Source: a virus. From it: 34,706 nt of DNA. Where the stretch lies: IMG/VR virus record IMGVR_UViG_3300033127_000099, positions 1 through 34,706 of that record; one strand, written 5' to 3'. Below are positions 30,430 to 34,706 of this stretch, piece by piece (positions within the stretch are counted from its first letter, which is position 1; each line of letters starts with the position of its first letter). The position numbers and the translations under genes were made by a program. The notes beneath the pieces are model-generated. The model ran no database searches. It was given only the letters and a program-made list of their open reading frames with translations, and was not told the origin of the DNA.

Positions 30430-32040
30430 ATGTCTCATAATCTTTTAGATAAGACGTTTTTAATGAACGTCTTTGCAGAAATTCGCAGTCAAGAAAACCT
30501 AGAGAGAAAACGAGAAGCCTACGAGTGCTTACAGATCTATAAAGAGAGACAAAAAGACCTGATCACTAAAGAGTTATGTTGTGAGTACGACCAAGAAACT
30601 CTTAAGGGTATGCGGACGTTTACTTCACTCAACCTGACAAGACGAATTGTTCACACTGAAGCCAGTATCTATAAGAAGTCACCGACGCGAATGCTAAATG
30701 AAATGGCTACTGACAATGAGAATCTACAGTTTGAAAACCTTTATCATTATTCAGATGCCAATAAGAAACTAAAGATCGCTAATAGGTATAAGGTGCTACT
30801 GAGCCAGTGTGCTATTCAGCTTGTTCCTAAGAACGGCGTGATTAGAACACGTGTCTTAACGCCTTATCACTATGACGTAATCCCTGATCCAATGGACCCA
30901 GAACAGGCTATGGTTTACATCATTCAAATGAACTCTCGTCCAGGTGGATCACTCAATAACCAGTTTGATTTCGAGATCCAGACTATGAACAATGCTGGAC
31001 GTGACGGCGACCTAATGAACCAGACTATCGCTGATAACGATGACGATATGCTTAACTCGCTTCGCTATGTTGTTTGGTCAGACACCTATAACTTTGTTTG
31101 TAATGGTAGTGGTCAGATCATTGATCCTGAAACCGATGAGCCGTTTACTCGTGCTATTGAAGAGGAAGATGTTCTTTCCCCGCTCCATGAAGAAAAGATT
31201 CTACCTTTTATTGATGTAGCAGATCAGAAGGACTTCGAGTTCTGGGTTGACCGAGGGTGTCAGTTAGCAGAGTTTGCACTTGATATCGGGAAGATGGATT
31301 GTGATGTGGCTGAGAACAACAAAGCTCAAGGTTATAGTGTGCCTATCATTAGTGCCACTCATATGCCAAAGAGCCTTAACATCGGCCCCACTAAGGCACT
31401 CTTCTTAGAGAAGAAACCAAACGGTGATCCTGCCAAAGACCCAGAGTTTAGCTTTGCTTCTCCTAATCCAGACCTTGAGGCTTCGATCAATCTTAGGAAC
31501 GCTTTCATTAATACATTCTTAACATCTCGTGGTCTTGATAAGTCAGTGATTAACACGGAGGGCGAGACCAAGTCTTATTCAAGTGGAACAGAGAGACACT
31601 TAGCAAAGATCGAGCGATTTGAAGAGGCTCAGGATGATATCGACCTATTTAAGAAAGTTGAAGACGAGTACTTTGAGATCATGCGAGCTTGGAGCAATAA
31701 ATTGCAAGGTGTTCCAGTAGAAGAGGGTGGCTTAAAGAAGCAACTACAGAATGGTCAGCTGAGAGAAGAGCTTGAGATGACTGTTAAGTTTGATACTCCT
31801 GAAATGGATCAGACTAAGAAAGAAAAGGAAGAGTCTAACGCTCGCCGTATGAAGAATGGAACTATCAGTGTAATTGATGCCATTATGGATGAGCACGGGG
31901 TTGACCGTGACGAGGCCATTCAGATCAAGATTAGAATTGATGAAGACAAAGCAAGGTTTAATGCAAACACCACTATGTTGAACACTCTTAGTAATATGAG
32001 GTTGAGAAGTGCTGAGCAAGAAACTGATCAGGACGCTTAA
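30430..32040 (+). CDS. Portal protein
   Basis: 536 aa, RBS AAGGA. Located downstream of terL and upstream of the scaffold and capsid genes. Acidic C-terminal region. Confidence 0.75.
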   Translation: MSHNLLDKTFLMNVFAEIRSQENLERKREAYECLQIYKERQKDLITKELCCEYDQETLKGMRTFTSLNLTRRIVHTEASIYKKSPTRMLNEMATDNENLQFENLYHYSDANKKLKIANRYKVLLSQCAIQLVPKNGVIRTRVLTPYHYDVIPDPMDPEQAMVYIIQMNSRPGGSLNNQFDFEIQTMNNAGRDGDLMNQTIADNDDDMLNSLRYVVWSDTYNFVCNGSGQIIDPETDEPFTRAIEEEDVLSPLHEEKILPFIDVADQKDFEFWVDRGCQLAEFALDIGKMDCDVAENNKAQGYSVPIISATHMPKSLNIGPTKALFLEKKPNGDPAKDPEFSFASPNPDLEASINLRNAFINTFLTSRGLDKSVINTEGETKSYSSGTERHLAKIERFEEAQDDIDLFKKVEDEYFEIMRAWSNKLQGVPVEEGGLKKQLQNGQLREELEMTVKFDTPEMDQTKKEKEESNARRMKNGTISVIDAIMDEHGVDRDEAIQIKIRIDEDKARFNANTTMLNTLSNMRLRSAEQETDQDA

Positions 32041-32587
32041 GGCTAAGAACCCTAAGATCAAGGTCGACTTGACTGATATCTTTGGTCGCTTTCCTAAAGA
32101 AGGAGCCGATGATCTTAAGCAAGAGATTGGTGGCGCTATTATTGAGCGCATTCGGGAAAGGGCTGGCAGTGGAAACTTCCTTGAGCAGTCCAGGGGTGCT
32201 GGTTCTTACTCTAAGTCTTATACAAATAGTTTTGAGTTCAAAGTGTTTGGGAAGTCTAAGGGTAATGTGAACATGAAGGCTAGTGGCGATATGCTAAGAG
32301 CTATTGACATTACAAACGAGACGAAGGACGGTATAGAAATAGGTTTCAATGATAGGCTAGAGGCGAACAAAGCTCATGGTCATATTACTGGAGCCGTCGG
32401 GAAGACTAGAGATTTTTTTGGTTTAACCGATACAGACATTAAGGAAATTCGCAGAGAGTTTAATGGGGAAGTGAAAGATCGGTTAGCGTTGCAAGAGGGC
32501 AGCATAACTGCAGGGCAAACAAGGCGAGATAACGAGTCATTGTTTGATTTTTTACGAAGGGTAATAGGCGAACGTGGCAACAGTTAA
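32009..32587 (+). CDS. Virion morphogenesis or minor head protein candidate (GTG start)
   Basis: 192 aa after the portal gene. It shares a Y...K...(N)...SG.MLR..... motif with the next ORF (YSKSY...NMKASGDMLRAIDI). Confidence 0.4.
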   Translation: MLSKKLIRTLKAKNPKIKVDLTDIFGRFPKEGADDLKQEIGGAIIERIRERAGSGNFLEQSRGAGSYSKSYTNSFEFKVFGKSKGNVNMKASGDMLRAIDITNETKDGIEIGFNDRLEANKAHGHITGAVGKTRDFFGLTDTDIKEIRREFNGEVKDRLALQEGSITAGQTRRDNESLFDFLRRVIGERGNS

Positions 32588-33083
32588 GTTTAAGAATTTA
32601 GACGGCTTCCAAAAGTTAGTAGTCGATAAGTTTACAGAGCTTAAGAATGAAGAGCGAACTCTTGTTGAGGTGGCAGAGTTCACAAAGACTCGCATACAAC
32701 AGCAGACCCGCCTTGGTAAATCACTTCCCAATGATTCTAGACTAAAGGACCTAAGTCCTAAGTACAAAATTGCACGAAAAAACACCAAAAAAAATACAGA
32801 CCCAGAGTTTTTTAGATCGGATAAATCGAATCTGACATTCTCAGGGCAAATGTTGCGGTCGCTTAAAACACGGATAGTTAAGCGTCCTAGTAGTATTTCG
32901 CAACCGTCTGCCATTGAAGTATTCCCCGACGGAGGAAGAGACGATGGCCTAACTAACCAAGAAGTGGCAGCTTTTGTAAAGGAAGGCGGCCGACCTTTTC
33001 TTGGTTTGAACGAGAAGGCGGTTAAGCAAATCCGAAACATTGTTTTAAAAAATCTTAGGAGAGTTTTAAGAAAAACCTTCTAA
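32574..33083 (+). CDS. Virion morphogenesis protein candidate, possible paralogue of 32009..32587
   Basis: LSPKYKIARK...NLTFSGQMLRSLKTRI resembles the virion-morphogenesis (Mu G / tail-S-like) motif as I remember it. Confidence 0.4.
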   Translation: MATVKFKNLDGFQKLVVDKFTELKNEERTLVEVAEFTKTRIQQQTRLGKSLPNDSRLKDLSPKYKIARKNTKKNTDPEFFRSDKSNLTFSGQMLRSLKTRIVKRPSSISQPSAIEVFPDGGRDDGLTNQEVAAFVKEGGRPFLGLNEKAVKQIRNIVLKNLRRVLRKTF

Positions 33084-33120
33084 GTCCATATTGAACCAAT
33101 CAACAAAGGAGTGTTAGAAT

Positions 33121-33777
33121 ATGGATCAAGATCAAACAAGCGTCGGTGACGCACCAGTTGAGGCAGGCAGTGCCGCTCAAGGGTCCGATCAACAAAATCC
33201 CAGAGGGTCTGAAGAGCAGAGTACTGAGTGGAAGAATCGGATTCTCAGAGAGAAGAAGGATCTAGCTGCAAAGTATAGCAAGACTGAAAAGGATTTGCGT
33301 GAAGCTCGGCAGAGAATTGAGGCTTTAACTGGTGAACAGTTACAGAAAGACGGCAAACTAGAGGAATACAATAGACATTTAGAATCTCAACTCGCAAAGG
33401 AGCGTGAACAACGCTTAGATGATAGGGCGAAATTTGCACACCGGACCCTAACTGAAAGATTGCGTGCTGAAGCTATGTCTTTAAATTGTGTTGATCCAGA
33501 TGCAGTCATGAAGATAGCTGACATTGATCGAGTGACCATCACCGATGATCTACGAGTCGATGAAACTAGTGTGAAACTTTTAATGGAAGACTTGCGTAAA
33601 ACCAAGCCCTACCTTTTTAAGAACAGCACTATCCCAGTGAAAGACGGAACGCCTGCAAGTTCTTTAGAGCCTGCTAAGCAAGCCGTTAACAAGCCTCAAC
33701 CAAAGAATGATTTAGAACTTTCAAAGGAAGAGTTTGAGGCTAAGTTCCGAGCGGAAATGGCTAAAGCTCTCCAATAA
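33121..33777 (+). CDS. Scaffolding protein
   Basis: 218 aa, highly charged and helical-looking, rich in Glu, Lys, Gln and Arg. Immediately upstream of the capsid gene. RBS AAGGAG. Confidence 0.65.
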   Translation: MDQDQTSVGDAPVEAGSAAQGSDQQNPRGSEEQSTEWKNRILREKKDLAAKYSKTEKDLREARQRIEALTGEQLQKDGKLEEYNRHLESQLAKEREQRLDDRAKFAHRTLTERLRAEAMSLNCVDPDAVMKIADIDRVTITDDLRVDETSVKLLMEDLRKTKPYLFKNSTIPVKDGTPASSLEPAKQAVNKPQPKNDLELSKEEFEAKFRAEMAKALQ

Positions 33778-33790
33778 CAGGAGATAAAAC

Positions 33791-34657
33791 ATGGCTTTAA
33801 CAGCTACAGATACTTTGGCAACCGACGCTCAGTTGGGAGCCACTAAGATGACTATGATTGCGAGCATGGTTCAGCGTGAACTTCAGTTCAACGCTAAATT
33901 GCTTCGCACTATTACTAACTACTCTCAGTTTGCTCGCAAGGGTGTTAAGGAAGTACAAATTCCTAAAACTGGGTCTTTCACTGTTGCTAACCGTGCGTGC
34001 GGTACTCCAGGTGACGCTACTGCATTAACTTATGATGTAGACAGCATCCTTCCTGAGTTCAACGCTTATGTTGCTTTTGCAATTGACGGTTGTGATGACA
34101 TTGAATCAGTGATTGATAACTATCAGCTTTACGGTCAACGTGCCGCCGCTGCTCACTCTCGTTATGTTGATCTTCAAATTGTCAACAAATTAGAAACGCA
34201 CGGTCAAGCGTCTGCCTTAACTGGTGACATCACTTATGACTGGATTCTTGAAGCTCAAGAGAAGTTTTGCATGGCTGGAATGGATCTTAATGATCTTTTC
34301 ATCGTTGTTGGTTGTGACCAATACTCAGCTCTTCAAAAAATCACTGAGTTCCGTGACCAAGACATTTATGGACCGAACCAAGCTGTTCGTTCTGGTGTTA
34401 TTGGTAGAATCAGTAATGCTGAAGTTATCTCTCACCCAGGTGTTGCAGCTAGCTCTTACTATATGTATCACAAGTCTGGTCTTGGATATGCTTTCTGGAA
34501 ACAACCAAAAGCTTCTGAGCAGCCTTGTAATGAGTTCGGTACAGACGCTAAGCGTGTAGCCGTTGACCAAAAGTTTGGTATCGGTGGAATGCACTTAGGT
34601 GAAAACGGAGCAGCGGCTACTGAATCAGGTCTTGTTTGTAAAGACGGTAACATCTAA
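33791..34657 (+). CDS. Major capsid protein (HK97-fold expected)
   Basis: 288 aa, RBS AGGAG. It directly follows the scaffold gene. Codon usage looks like a highly expressed gene (many GCT, GGT and CGT codons). Confidence 0.75.
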   Translation: MALTATDTLATDAQLGATKMTMIASMVQRELQFNAKLLRTITNYSQFARKGVKEVQIPKTGSFTVANRACGTPGDATALTYDVDSILPEFNAYVAFAIDGCDDIESVIDNYQLYGQRAAAAHSRYVDLQIVNKLETHGQASALTGDITYDWILEAQEKFCMAGMDLNDLFIVVGCDQYSALQKITEFRDQDIYGPNQAVRSGVIGRISNAEVISHPGVAASSYYMYHKSGLGYAFWKQPKASEQPCNEFGTDAKRVAVDQKFGIGGMHLGENGAAATESGLVCKDGNI

Positions 34658-34706
34658 GAGTATAAGTGGACGTCGGAAAAAATACCGTATTTCCAGACTA
34701 TGTAGC
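34652..34706. repeat. Direct terminal repeat, right copy (identical to 1-55)
   Basis: Same 55-mer as 1-55. It begins inside the last sense codon of the capsid gene and includes its stop codon. Confidence 0.95.

Noticed and set aside
31744-33040. Long - strand ORFs (31744..32151 and 32552..33040) in the portal and morphogenesis region
   Set aside because: They are antisense to a tightly coupled + strand late operon. Their composition is low-complexity and Ser/Leu/Arg-rich, typical of shadow frames.
1-34706. Search by eye for tRNA genes, CRISPR arrays, integrase or transposase, reverse transcriptase/DGR and toxin-antitoxin pairs
   Set aside because: I saw no T-arm-like GTTCGAATC-type strings, no repeat-spacer arrays, and no recombinase or RT motifs in any listed ORF. 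A tRNAscan or HMM run would be needed to be certain.

Overview
This window looks like a complete, circularly closed genome of a siphovirus-like tailed phage, about 34,651 bp. Bases 1-55 are identical to 34652-34706, which indicates an assembly overlap or terminal redundancy. Almost all genes sit in two divergent transcription units. They start at one control region (20343-20444) and converge at 16760-16872. The rightward (+) unit carries a Prim-Pol/SF3 primase-helicase, an iteron-rich putative origin, HTH regulators and about 15 small early ORFs. It continues with terS, terL, portal, two morphogenesis proteins, scaffold and major capsid, and wraps through coordinate 1. After that come connector or fibre-like proteins, the major tail protein and G/G-T chaperones with a dnaX-type A_AAA_AAG -1 frameshift signal. 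It ends with the tape measure, tail tip and fibre genes, a lysis cassette with a TIGR02594/CHAP-like endolysin, two more large virion-like proteins and a VRR-NUC nuclease. The leftward (-) unit carries two unannotated mini-ORFs, an 87-aa ORF, an attenuator-like terminator, a Sak4-like ATPase, an SSB-like protein and an 82-aa ORF. Beyond these lies an accessory block: a 147-nt GC-rich island closed by an inverted repeat (candidate ncRNA), an AT-rich promoter with a palindrome, a secreted lipoprotein-like protein with a degenerate transglutaminase-like core, and a 102-aa partner. I saw no integrase, reverse transcriptase, tRNA, rRNA or CRISPR array. SD-type ribosome binding sites and lipobox proteins suggest a Gram-negative host (inference). 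All functional calls rest on motif recognition and synteny by eye; no database search or folding program was run. The most interesting unexplained pieces are the GC-rich island with the adjacent moron cassette, and the repeated CAACAAAGT/ACTTTGTTGG element next to the ribosome binding sites of the two replication genes.
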